A DNA stretch of 63,989 nucleotides, the filler included, from Basidiobolus ranarum (taxonomy: Eukaryota): assembly GCA_040143965.1 (NCBI GenBank). It is 4 parts of 4 records of this genome, joined end to end, with 100 filler letters (N's around TTAATTAATTAA, not from the genome) between each part and the next. Parts side by side here need not be neighbours in the genome. Positions count along the whole stretch, not along the records: positions 1 to 16,952 come from JASJQH010000322.1; 3 more parts are not named here. One strand, given 5' to 3'. The notes beneath the pieces are model-generated. The model made no database searches and was not told where the DNA came from. It saw nothing but the letters and a program-made list of their open reading frames with translations. The position numbers and the translations under genes are program-made. Shown one piece after another: positions 1 to 11,540 of the stretch. Each line of letters starts with the position of its first letter. The first letter of the stretch is position 1.

Positions 1-1366
1 CAAAGGATGACTGGCTATTTAATAATGGTAAGCGTCTTGGTTTTATAGGTTTAGCATAAGGTAGTAGCATGCAGGTAACTCGAGCTTTCATTGGTAAAGA
101 TATCACAAGCATAGCTCCCATGTTCGACATTTCCAAATGTATTTAGTGGCTAATAATCAAGGTAATAGGTGGAATGGTGATAAAATTACTTGAATCACCT
201 AGTACCAGCTTCATTTTGTACTAATTGTAATACAGGTTATTTGACCGATATGATCTTATTTCTCACTAAACCCCTTTGGTCAAATCGGTATCTAATCTCA
301 ACTGATGTTTTCAACAAATATAGTTTAGTAGCTTTGTATGTGAAAGTTCAAGATTTTCAGGCAGTTAATACATAATATACCATACTTGAATACAAAAGAA
401 TACTAGCTAAATCCACTTTACTAGCCTACGAAGTCTAGGTAATGATACGTCTCCTACCGGTCTTTAAGCATATGTGACTTTACCAAGTGTTTACACAATA
501 TTAGGGATTTTGAAATCATAAGGATGAATTACAAAAGGTCTCTCAATATTTTAACGTATATTAGTATGTTAATTCCAATACGATAATCCAAGTTTTGTTG
601 ATTTTTCCAGTGTCGAATAATGGTTAACTAAAGCGACTTTCATGGAAAGTGATTAAAACTGAACTCGTTTTTTATTTTCAACAAAGTTGCCACTATTAGT
701 ATATAAATGACTTATAAATGACTTCTCTGAAATCTAAATCCAGTAAATAACAGGTCTCTACAATTTGAAAATGCAGCGATGATTGGAGGTCATAAGTATT
801 GGTCGCTACACCAATTTAACCTCAATACTCCATATGGGAAAGAAATTAACTCGAACCAATGATTGTTCACAAATTAATAAATATTAGCCAGGCGATATAT
901 AAGCAAGACATGAAAAGAAAATGCATCCATGTTGTACGCGAAAAGGTGCATCATGGAGCGGTCGCTGCTCTCTTTCTCTCCCAGAGTTGATAGAAGTGTC
1001 ACTAATTTGGACATGTATCAATATATTGAATTTCAACCAAAATCGATCTCGGCTTTTCATGAGAACATGGCTACATACACCATTCGTTATACAATACAAC
1101 AAAACAAACGCCTGAGCATAAATGTTGTCATTAATCATACTAAATTGGGAATCAATTAAAAAGGTCAAATATTAGCATGGCATCCTGAGATATGATGGCA
1201 TGCATATTCACTATAGAATTCTGGTCGCATATCCTGAGTAACCATCAATAAGCTTGTATTTGTTTATTAGGAATGGAAAATCTCGAGTATGTACATATTT
1301 GTATATATATAACCTCTAGCGTAGAGGTTCTGATCCCTTGATTAGATTTCTCTTCAGTCTCTAACT

Positions 1367-2053
1367 ATGCTCTTCACTTTCCTTACCTCTGTCGCCCTTT
1401 TAGCGAACTCTGCTTTCGCTGGTTACTATATTACTCAACCTGTTGATGGTACCCGATGGGTTCCTGGCACGAACGTAACTGTGAGTTGGTAAGTTAACCC
1501 CAATTAATTTCGTATTATTACAAGTATTTAATCTTATATTGGACGTTACAGGACAGAGAGTAATGAGCCCGTTACCGCCAACACATTTGATATTACCCTA
1601 ATGTTTGGCAAAGCCGAAAATTTGGCGGAGGTTTCTACACTTGTTAAGGGATTATCCGGTAAGACTGGAACATACAAGTGGAAAGTTCCCGAGAATTTGT
1701 CTGCAGGCCCACAGTATGCTATTCGCATAGGCTCTGGCAGTGATGCGTTCTACTCTCACTTCTTCAGCATTGAGGCTTCCAAATTATCTTCTACCAGTGG
1801 TAAACCCACTACAACTGGAGCTTTCGGTATTAACAGTGTATCTGATGCCCCTTCACCCACCGGAGCATCTTCAGTCAGCTCAAGCTCCACCGCTGTTCGT
1901 TCATCCCCCGCCTCTACTTTATCTTCCACTCCTACCGCCGCTATCGCCGACGCCAAAGTTCCTACTGCTATGAACGGCTCTACTATCAATTTGGGAGCTT
2001 CAATCTTTGTTACTCTAATTCCAGCAGTTGTGGTTTCTTATATGAGCCGTTAA
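1367..2053 (+). CDS. Secreted Ser/Thr-rich, probably GPI-anchored cell-surface protein (Kre9/Knh1-like N-terminal domain)
   Basis: ATG at 1367 gives signal peptide MLFTFLTSVALLANSAFA, then YITQPVDGTRWVPGTNVTVSW; intron 1489-1551 (GT..AG); exon 2 has YKWKVP..GPQYAIRIG..YSHFF, an S/T-rich stalk and a hydrophobic C-terminus. Confidence 0.85.
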
Positions 2054-2368
2054 CTGTAAATTACCCTTTATACACAGTATTACTAGGCATGATGAGCCAT
2101 TTTGATGAATCTAATTTAATTAAACCTGTTATTAAATCACACAAACATTGGCCATCTATCAAGTTATATTCCAAGGTAATCAGATGGATGTAGGGATTAT
2201 AGGATATTGAGCCAGTCCAATTCACGTTGAATTCTAGGCCAGCCTTTAAAATTAGTCGCTAAAATTAGTCGCTAAAATTAGATGGTAACGTTTATTCCGC
2301 TCTATCATAACAATGTTCACTTCTAAGATCACCTGATTTCAATTCACCAATGTACATTATACAAATCA

Positions 2369-3685
2369 TCAAAATACTTGTCGAATATTTACGTTGATTC
2401 TAGCTTCGCTTACAAAGTCTGCGTAAATGTCCCAGTCTGGATCTTCAGGATTGGGCTTCAAATGGTCAGGTAAAGTATCTTCTAAGATGCGTGGAACGCC
2501 GTGGAATGCTGCTCTACAAGGGCCACACATAGCCATCATATCACCACTACGCAGGTAGATAGCAACTGGAGGAACATCGCGGGTTAAGCCTCCTAGGAGA
2601 TAGATACATGATTGACCTAGACTATATTATGGTTGCAGATTAAATTAATGTTATGGAAGGAATTGGGAATGGAATTAGGGATGAGACTGTACCTAAACGA
2701 AATCAAGGGAGCATCCATATTGATTTCACTCTTGTCAACATGCGCCATTAAACTGTCTTTCAATTGATAGTAATTGATAATACCAGCTTCAGCTTTGAAT
2801 TCATCTCCGCTATACTGATTCACATACCCACTTCCATCAGGTCCAATATAACCAACTCCTTCGATGGCCTTAGCTACTGATGTAGCAATATCCTTGATGT
2901 CCTCAGGGAATGGGAACCGCTTATCAACCGCATACTTCTTCTCTAGCCAATCATACTGATATCCACAAGTGATCCATCGGAGACGACGAATCAACTGTGA
3001 GGGAGGAAGTAGAACCAGGTTGGTTTCCTTTGGAGAGTCTTCATACACTCCTACGCCATCTTCTGTATTGGTTTTATCTTTGAGCGGAACAATACAACTG
3101 GGATCTTGGGGTGAAAGTTCGCCCTTGAATACTTTTTCATGGAGTTTCCAAATACCTTCGTCTGGAACTTCGTAATGAGTATCCAGGTTCGAAAGGTTAG
3201 GATGCTTGGAATGATCACGAAGGCAGCTCTTAATAATATTTCTTTGTGCATCTTCTGAGAATGCCTTGGGTATGAGGACAACTCCTATTTTATAAGAAAA
3301 TATGTTATGAGCAAGCTGGTATTAAACTAGAGGAATTTTTTATCCGAATTTTACCGGGAAAGTCTTTCAGAGTGTAACAAACTTTAGCCTTTTCACCTTT
3401 ACTTTCACCAAAGAAAGGTGACAATTGAGCAAGGTCGTGTTTAAGTTCCACCTTCACCAATCTATCTAAATTCTCTTGGGTATTGTTTTCGAGGTTAATA
3501 AGGTCGATGGCATTGGATAAGTCTGGTGGGGGCAAACGTGTACGATATATACGTTCGCAAGTTCTAAAAGCAGTTTGATTTACAAAAGAACCTTTACTCT
3601 TGGCATTTTTTAACGCCAGTTTTTCTTGTCTCTTGGACTTGAATTTACTGGCGGTAGGGTTACCAGAAACTGTACTGCTCACCAT
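2369..3685 (-). CDS. ALKBH1: 2-oxoglutarate/Fe(II) dioxygenase, AlkB homolog 1 family
   Basis: Motifs RLRWITCGYQYDW, AEAGIINYYQLKDSLMAHVDKSE (HxD), FHGVPRI and C-terminal RINVNIRQVF; 2 introns. Confidence 0.9.
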
Positions 3686-4069
3686 TTTCCACAAAATGAA
3701 GTTACAAGGAACTATGAGAAGTGACTATACAGAAGATACTTTATTCTTGAATATAATGTAGACGAATTAAAATACCTAGTAATCATTCATAAAGGGCTTA
3801 GACCTTCTATTAGAACAAATCCAGAATCTAGAATCTCAATGCTAATATGTGTATATTTTATAGTTGCAAGCCATTGGAAGAATGCTAACACGGAATTGAT
3901 TGATTCTACATTTTCAGTTTCCTTGGTAAAGGGAATTGAGTTTTTTTACAATGATTTTAGAAAGAAAAAAAATCCGAAATCATATTACTGAAATCACATT
4001 CTAGAATTTCTTAGTTCTAGAACACTTTCTGTTGGTTGATACTTTGTTGTCTTTCTATTAAACTTTGAG

Positions 4070-5262
4070 ATGCCCAAGCCCAACATACCAATTGTTGAAG
4101 ATTTAAGTATAAACTCTGCTAAAGAGGAAGAGCAGCATGTTCATGAAGTTTACGAAGTGATTGCACCACATTTCAGTCAAACTCGCTACAAGGTTGAATT
4201 GATTTTACGCACTTACAATAGTTTTCAACCCATTGATATATACAAAGTAGACGATATTTTAGCAAGCCACTTTTTTCTAATAATGTTTACTATGAATAGC
4301 CTTGGCCAGTGGTTGAAAAGTTCATGACATCCATTCCTACTGGACAAATAGGTGCTGATGTTGGTTGTGGAAATGGAAAATATCTCGGTTTAAACAAAAA
4401 TATATTCACCATAGGCTCTGACAGGTAGTTTACCACTGAATATAGTTGAACATTTTGAAGGCTTAGTTTGGTTTCTAAAAATATGGTTCATCGGTTTTAT
4501 AGGAGCTCCAATTTGATCAAGATTTGTAAAGACCGAGGTCTTGAAGCTATGGTGTGTGATAATCTTAATCTTCCATACCGTAATGAATGTTTCGTATCCT
4601 TTTTTACTTTAAAATTCCACTTCAAACGAAGCAAATGTAGTTTTTTCCACCTTAACTTCACACTCTAGGACTACGCCATCTCAATCGCAGTAATTCACCA
4701 TTTCACAACACCTGAGAGACGGATTGCAGCAATAGAGGTAGTTTTAAATTATTTCAAGAATTTATAAGCTTCCAATAACGAACCTTCTTTCTGTACAAAA
4801 GGAAATCCTTAGAGTTACCAAAAAATCCGGAAAAATATTAATCTTTGTATGGGCTCTTGAACAACAAGTATGTATAAAAAAATCCAAGAATTGATGCATT
4901 CAGTTTTGAAGGAAATGGTTTAGCGTGAACTAACTTATTCTTAGGGTAAACGTAAATTCGATCAAAATCATCAAGATGTCTATGTTCCATGGGCTTTACC
5001 CAAAGAATTGGCAAAGCAATATCGCGAGGAGAATAAAATCCCCGAAGAAGAGCAACAAGAGATTGTGTTGAATAGGTAATGTGTATGTTGGTAGTGTTAT
5101 GCTATTTGAAGCAATTTACTCATGAATCTCATGCTTTCAAGATACTATCACCTCTTCCGTGAGCATGAATTAGATGATTTGGTGTGCAGCACCAATGAAG
5201 CAGACATTATTGAGTCTGGTTATGATCGTGACAATTGGTATGTTATTGCCCAGAAGCGATGA
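4070..5262 (+). CDS. TRM9: tRNA (carboxymethyluridine-34) methyltransferase, Trm9/ALKBH8 MTase-domain family
   Basis: HVHEVYEVIAPHFSQTRYKPWPVV, SAM motif DVGCGNGKY, AISIAVIHHF, RYYHLF and YDRDNW across 7 exons. Confidence 0.9.
4594..4668 (+). other. U12-type (minor spliceosome) GT-AG intron in TRM9
   Basis: 5' site GTATCCTTT; branch CCTTAAC at 4650-4656, 12 nt before the end of the AG; removal restores the frame (ECF|DYAISIAV). Confidence 0.85.
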
Positions 5263-5843
5263 GCGAACACTGGATAATAAAGTCACTCTTTTACATCGAC
5301 GTTCAACCTGACATGACTAGTCAAGCTTATATTTCCATACAAGAATTTTGATTTCCAATCTTCAAGAGGGCGTAGGATTAATCATATGTAAGGATAGGTC
5401 ACTTTGATGCTGTCAACGAATTTGGATGTGAATGATTCGATTTAGTAGAAAGGCTAAATTCCGATTATGTCATATCTAAAAATACTCCTCTGAGTCCCGG
5501 AATCTATGGGCGTACCAATCACTAGACTGCATTAATATTTCTCTTTGTTTACCATCCCAAGTCTTTTGTTTTTATCAATTTCAATGGACTCAATGTGCAT
5601 ATCATGCTAACCGTCTTAATTGGGCTATAAATTGAGGTAAACAAACCAAGTGCAGATATAAAGTCAGTTCAGTCATTTCAATAGCAGAGAATTTTTTTTA
5701 GTTGTATATATTTTCCAGAGATCTAAACCCATATCTTCTTCACTCAACATCATCACATTACTGTTGTTCTCACTTGTCAATTGTAAAGTTATTAAAAGTG
5801 CTTTCATTAAACATTATCTTCCCCCAACTCTAATACTACAGCT

Positions 5844-7288
5844 ATGTTGAAAAGACTAAAGACGATTCATGAACGCATGAGTCCATCCCCTAAGAAACAA
5901 CGCGCGGATTCTATGATTTCTCCTCGACGCGAGTTCTCCATACCCTCTGCCCAAAACCCGCCACAACGAGCCAAAAGTTTTTATTGTGCCAGATCACGAG
6001 GGCCTGAGTTGGAACCGGCTGTTTCAGATTGGGTTTATGATCGATTAAAAAAGAAAAAGATCAATTCGCTAAACAAGAATAGCAAGAGTGACAGTAACAA
6101 TAACAATGAAGATAAAGACCAGAAGGAAAAGATAGTTAAAGGTCCTAGAAGAAGGACACGTAGGTCTTCGGTACCTTCGTGTCTTTTCAAAACAATCCGT
6201 AAACCTATCCAGCCTGGAGAATGTGGTGTACTTTACGTGCGTATTCATCAACTGCAATACAATAGTCTAAAAAAATCCTACGATCTACGTTTCGCATTAA
6301 AAGTGGGTGGCCAAGAGTGCTCTACATCCATAGTCAAATCGCAGAATCAAGGAGATACTTCCTACACGTTAACCTTTGACGAGATTTTCCTGTTTGACGT
6401 GGTGTCTGACTTCACCATACAAATCACCGCTATTGCTCAGGCCTCTCATAATTTAGTTAGAAAACCTAGTATTCTAAGCCCCAAGAAGCTGTTGAGGAAA
6501 ATCCAAGGTCGTGAGAAGGATCCTTACCCTATTGGAACTTTGGATTTACGTTTTCCGCTGGAAAAATCCGAGAAACGTTTTGTAACGCACAGTTTGTCGT
6601 TGGAGAAAAACAATTCTCTACATCATGCCCTTCTAACTTTAGAGATCGGTGTCATGATAGTTGGAAAACCACAAAAAATACCCGAGTTTGATGGTAAATT
6701 AAAGGAAAAAACTATGAAAGGGTCTTTTCAATGTGTTGTATACGAAGATTACCTGAAAATCTTTACCCGAACTGGTGTTTATTCGGTAGGATTTACTTCC
6801 ATTTTTTATTGAGTTCTCTTAACTGTTACTTAAAAAGGTTTCTTTTAAAGCAAACGTGGAGTAAATATTTCGTGGTGTTCAAGGACCGTAAGCTCTTATT
6901 GTACGCAGACAAGGATAAAGTAAGTCATCAAAAACCATCTGTTTTGATTAGAGATGTTTATTTATGAATGGTGTAGCAACAGGCACACATAGGTAGCGTG
7001 GATTTAGGACATCTCACCGACGTGTCATTTACACGTTCTGACATTATCAACATGGGAATGAATACTTTTGAACTGTCATTTTCTCCAGAAGCAGTCAACC
7101 CAAAGGAATTTCCTGAGTGGGACTTGTACGAGAACATAGATATTCAATGCAAAATGTATCTCGTTGCAGAATCCCGAGAATCTATGGAAAATTGGTTGCT
7201 TGTTTTCAAAAACCATTTAGAGTTTGCCCATTTAAGGCACAATGTCACTGGTGCCCAAGTAAGATCGCAGTATCTTTGGATTTCGTAG
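5844..7288 (+). CDS. C2/anillin-homology-like plus C-terminal PH-domain protein
   Basis: GVLYVRI..FDEIFLFDV beta-rich domain; PH-like YEDYLKI..WSKYFVVFKDRKLLLY..YLVAESRESMENWL; 2 introns near 6787-6850 and 6920-6976. Confidence 0.6.
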
Positions 7289-7831
7289 ACCGATTCATCA
7301 TTTGTACCACCAATTCTGAGTATTCTTCAGCCACAATCATCGTCTGTAGATCGCTATTGTCTCATTTCCTGTACACTCTTCTTGGTCACTTGATAGTCGA
7401 CTTGTATTTGTTATTGACAATGAAGTGACTTGATTATATATTATCGTTGACTCTGGATGTACCATAATTAATCAAGAATATCATAAACTCACCCCATTTG
7501 TGTAGATTATTATATATATGCATTGTTCAAGGTTATAGCTGTGTATTATCAGTGTATTATCTCGCATTGAAGGGAGATGCAATGCAAATCGATCATTATT
7601 GTAGCATGAGCATCGTAAGGGTCTTCACAGATATCATTCATTCATGAGTTCTAAAGAAAACCCTCTGCATTGAAGCAAAATCGTCTTATATTATATTTGT
7701 TAGATATTTGGAATGATTTTCATTTCTATATCCGGTTGATTAAGCCAGCTTATTCCCAAGCATTATTTCTGATCAGCCGCACTATATAAAATGACTGGCC
7801 TTGCCAATATGTAGCTACAGCCATTTCTAGC

Positions 7832-9310
7832 ATGAATAACTCGACTGATTCTTCTGCTACGAAAAAGTCTGTCCACGGCGTAGACATAGAGAAGGCCGTA
7901 TTAGAAAAACCTTATCAACACGAAGAAAACGCAATCCTACATAGGCAACTCATTCGAAAGCTTGACTGCACTCTTTTACCTTTGCTATGCATAATTTATC
8001 TGCTCTCATATCTTGACAGATCAAATATCGGTAATGCTAAACTAGGAGGGCTTGAGAAAGATATTGGGATAAATCAATATGAGTATCAATGGTGTTTATC
8101 GATCTTTTTCTTTGGATACGTGATATTTGAATTGCCTTCAAACATCGTTCTAAGAAGGTGGAAAGCGTCAAAATGGATTGCTATATTGATGTTTTGCTGG
8201 GGAACTGTTGCCGTCGCCATGGTTGGTATCAAGGATTTTGCTGGATTAGCAATTTGCAGATTTCTTCTAGGTGCATTTGAGGCTGGATTATTTCCTGGTG
8301 TTATTTACTATATGTCTTTGTGGTATCCGCGTAAAGAGCAAGCCGTTCGACTGGGCTTCTTTTGGTCTTTCTCGTCATTAGCGGGGGCGTTTGGTGGTTT
8401 GCTTGCCTATGGTATAAGTCAGATTAAAGGTTCACTTACCGAATGGCAACATATTTTCTTAATTGAGGGGTTACCGACGGTGATTTTAGCCATCTTGTGT
8501 TGGTTTATTCTTCCAGATTCCCCGGAGAGTGCGAAATTTTTAAACGAAAAGGAGCGTGCTTATGAGATCAGAAGATTAGCGAGTGATGCTGGAGTGGCAA
8601 ATGATCATTCCTGGTCTTGGTCGCAAGTGGGTTCTGTATTTAAAGATTGGAAAACATATGCATACATGGTTGTCTATATCACTGGAACAGTAGCTCTTCA
8701 AGGTGTCACCTTATTTCTGCCATCTATAGTTAATGGTCTTGGTCAATGGTCCGCAGTCAAATCCCAACTGATGACCGTCCCACCCTATATAGTGGCATTC
8801 TTCGCTACTATACTGCTTTGCTTGAGTTCGGATCACTTCGTAGAGCGTAGTTTTCATATGGTATTCATCAACCTAGTTACCATGGTAGGATTTCTGCTTC
8901 TTATGTTGGTCAAAGATAGCGAAGTTGGTATCCAATATTTTGGAGCTATCATTGTAACAGCAGGAGTCTACGCTAACGTATCAGTCAAAATAGCCTGGTT
9001 CAACAATAATTTTGGAGGGTTAACACGTCGTGCAGTGGCATCTGCAGCGATAGTGTCATTTGGTACAATAGGTGGAGCGATTGGTAGTCAGATCTACTAT
9101 GACCCACCGAAATACTTGCGCGGAAACATCATTGCTGTATCTTGTGTTGCGTTGCAAACAGTGATAGTAATCATTTTGAGAGTGGTTTTTATTCAAGAAA
9201 ACAAGAGGCGTTCTGAATTAACATCAGAGCAGATAGAACAGGAAGTGACGAGCTATGGTGGTATCGAGTTAGCTGGAGATAGACATCCAGCTTTCACTTA
9301 CACTTTATAA
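7832..9310 (+). CDS. MFS transporter, anion:cation symporter family (Dal5/Tna1-like)
   Basis: Intronless 492 aa; RKLD..LLP, YLDRSNIGNAK, RFLLGAFEAGLFPG, WQHIFLIEG, GDRHPAFTYTL; about 12 hydrophobic segments. Confidence 0.9.
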   Translation: MNNSTDSSATKKSVHGVDIEKAVLEKPYQHEENAILHRQLIRKLDCTLLPLLCIIYLLSYLDRSNIGNAKLGGLEKDIGINQYEYQWCLSIFFFGYVIFELPSNIVLRRWKASKWIAILMFCWGTVAVAMVGIKDFAGLAICRFLLGAFEAGLFPGVIYYMSLWYPRKEQAVRLGFFWSFSSLAGAFGGLLAYGISQIKGSLTEWQHIFLIEGLPTVILAILCWFILPDSPESAKFLNEKERAYEIRRLASDAGVANDHSWSWSQVGSVFKDWKTYAYMVVYITGTVALQGVTLFLPSIVNGLGQWSAVKSQLMTVPPYIVAFFATILLCLSSDHFVERSFHMVFINLVTMVGFLLLMLVKDSEVGIQYFGAIIVTAGVYANVSVKIAWFNNNFGGLTRRAVASAAIVSFGTIGGAIGSQIYYDPPKYLRGNIIAVSCVALQTVIVIILRVVFIQENKRRSELTSEQIEQEVTSYGGIELAGDRHPAFTYTL

Positions 9311-9931
9311 ATTCTATATATCCCTTCAACTGATATTTGTGCATTCATATCCCATCAATTATGAGATTAAAATACCTTCCATGTTTACTCGGTGTTTGAT
9401 ATTAATGTTGCTCTATAGCTGCTTGAACAATACTTCCACTAAAGCTCGTAATGAAACCTACTTGGCTTACGCATTGAGCAGTGTAATTGATACTTCCAAC
9501 AACTGATCTTGAACATATCTAGGGGAGTTTTAAAGAGTCTATCAACATATCTTACCCTGGCCAAGATTAAAATCACTTGGATCAGAACTTACGTACCACA
9601 CTTCATGTATGGTTCGAAGAGATAGATTGTCGTGAAATTTGACCCTTAATCATTAATGGAGCTATGGAAGTTCGAATTTCAGTCTAAAGATCAGGCTCTC
9701 TAAGTGTTTGGGTGGTTTGAGCCAGATATAGATAATCAGGGACAATTACCATGATTCAAACTGCTTGCGAATAATGTGAACAGAAAAGCATGCTTGATAC
9801 TAAACATGTAGAGGATTTTAGTATAAAATATGCCATTTGTATCTATAAACATTACTTTGCTCAATTTCAGCTACTCACTCTCGGTACTAATCCTAGTCTA
9901 TCTTATAATATAGTTGTGACTATTCTTTACT

Positions 9932-11111
9932 ATGGGTATCGCTGACACATTCATGTTGGAAGAAAATCGCCCTTTTAGACGCAAGGTCATCGTCACAATC
10001 TCTGCTCTAGTTTTGATAAATATCGGTCTATGGGTGGCTGCAGTGATAACTTTAAGATCCTATAACGGGCTCATCAATCAAGCAGTACTGGCATATACTC
10101 TTGGACTACGTCATGCTCTAGATGCTGATCATATCACAGGTATTTCTTCTTTCGATCGTTCTACACGCCACTCTAAGCTGACGTTACTGTTTGTTAGCCA
10201 TTGATAATGTTACACGAAAGTTGATTCAAACTGGAAAAAGACCGTGTCTAGTTGGACTCTTTTTCTCTTTAGGTCATTCAACCATCGTCATTGTTGCGTC
10301 CATTGCTATTGCCGCCACTGCTACCGCTGTTGCAGATAAATTCCCAGCATTCCAAGATGTTGGCGGGGTTATCGGTACTTGCGTATCAGGGGCATTTCTT
10401 TTACTTATCGGTATTATGAATGCAATCGTTCTAGTGAGTATCTGGAAGCAGTTACGAATTCTTCGTCGGGATAAAGTATTTCGTGAGATCGATATTGAAC
10501 AAATGCTAAATTCAGGTGGAGTCATAAGCCGCTTCTTCAGACCAGTATTCAATTTTATCGATGCCAGTTGGAAGATGTATCCATTAGGTGTACTTTTTGG
10601 GTTTGGATTTGACACTGCCACTGAAATCACCCTTTTGGCATTATCGGCTACTCAAGCGAATAACGGTTTACCTATCGGATTGATTCTGTTTTTCCCACTT
10701 TTGTTTACCGCTGGAATGTCACTTCTTGATACTTTAGATGGTATGCTAATGTTATGCACTTATAGTTGGGCTTTTATCTCGCCGATTCGTAAAATCTACT
10801 TCAACTTTACCATTACCCTTTTCTCGGTTATCATTGCTCTGATGGTAGGAATGGTTCAAGTATTTAATATTTTGGGAGAGAAGTTGAATTTACACGGGGC
10901 TTTCTGGAACTTCTTTGGAGAGGCTGGAGATCATTTCGACATCATTGGATACTGTATTGTCAGTCTCTTTGTAATCATCTGGATTATCGCCATCCTGATA
11001 TACAAATACGGAGGATTCAAAGACCTGGAGAAAGATATCGTAGTGATCCGTGGAGAAGAGGATGTGGAGAAGGGCGGAGATGAACTGAAGGAGACACCAT
11101 TACCTCTTTAG
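9932..11111 (+). CDS. nic1: High-affinity nickel/cobalt permease, NiCoT family
   Basis: Signature GLRHALDADHI, FFSLGHSTIV, GFGFDTATE, LFTAGMSLLDTLDG; one intron near 10140-10197. Confidence 0.93.
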
Positions 11112-11540
11112 TGTTACATAACACAATCATTCATCTTTGCATTCATGCATACATCGACTCGATGGCTATCCTAAAATATATACAATCGTAACTTCAATCG
11201 GAAATTGTGTCAGATTCATCTGTTAATGATTTTTCTTGTACTAGCCTTCATGCGATTGGTAGCAAAACATATCTTGAATCGCGGGTTCGATTTTCACCTA
11301 GGATTATTACGATACATGTGTAATAAAATGGTACATCTTTTCCCACTTCTAACTGAATCCTTGTGTTTGAAAACAAAGTATTACGTAAAGATGAGCAGAA
11401 TGGATGGATCAAGTAAGAATGATGAAAAAATCGGTGTAGGTATGAATGTTTTATAAAGTAAAAAGTCAATTACAGTTATGAGGCGTATCATATTCTAGAA
11501 GGAAGGGCGGCATTTTCAATGAATGGAGTACAAGGAGTAA

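Noticed and set aside
2248-2280. 13-nt tandem repeat AAATTAGTCGCTA, about 2.5 copies
   Set aside because: Simple slippage duplication in a 3' intergenic region
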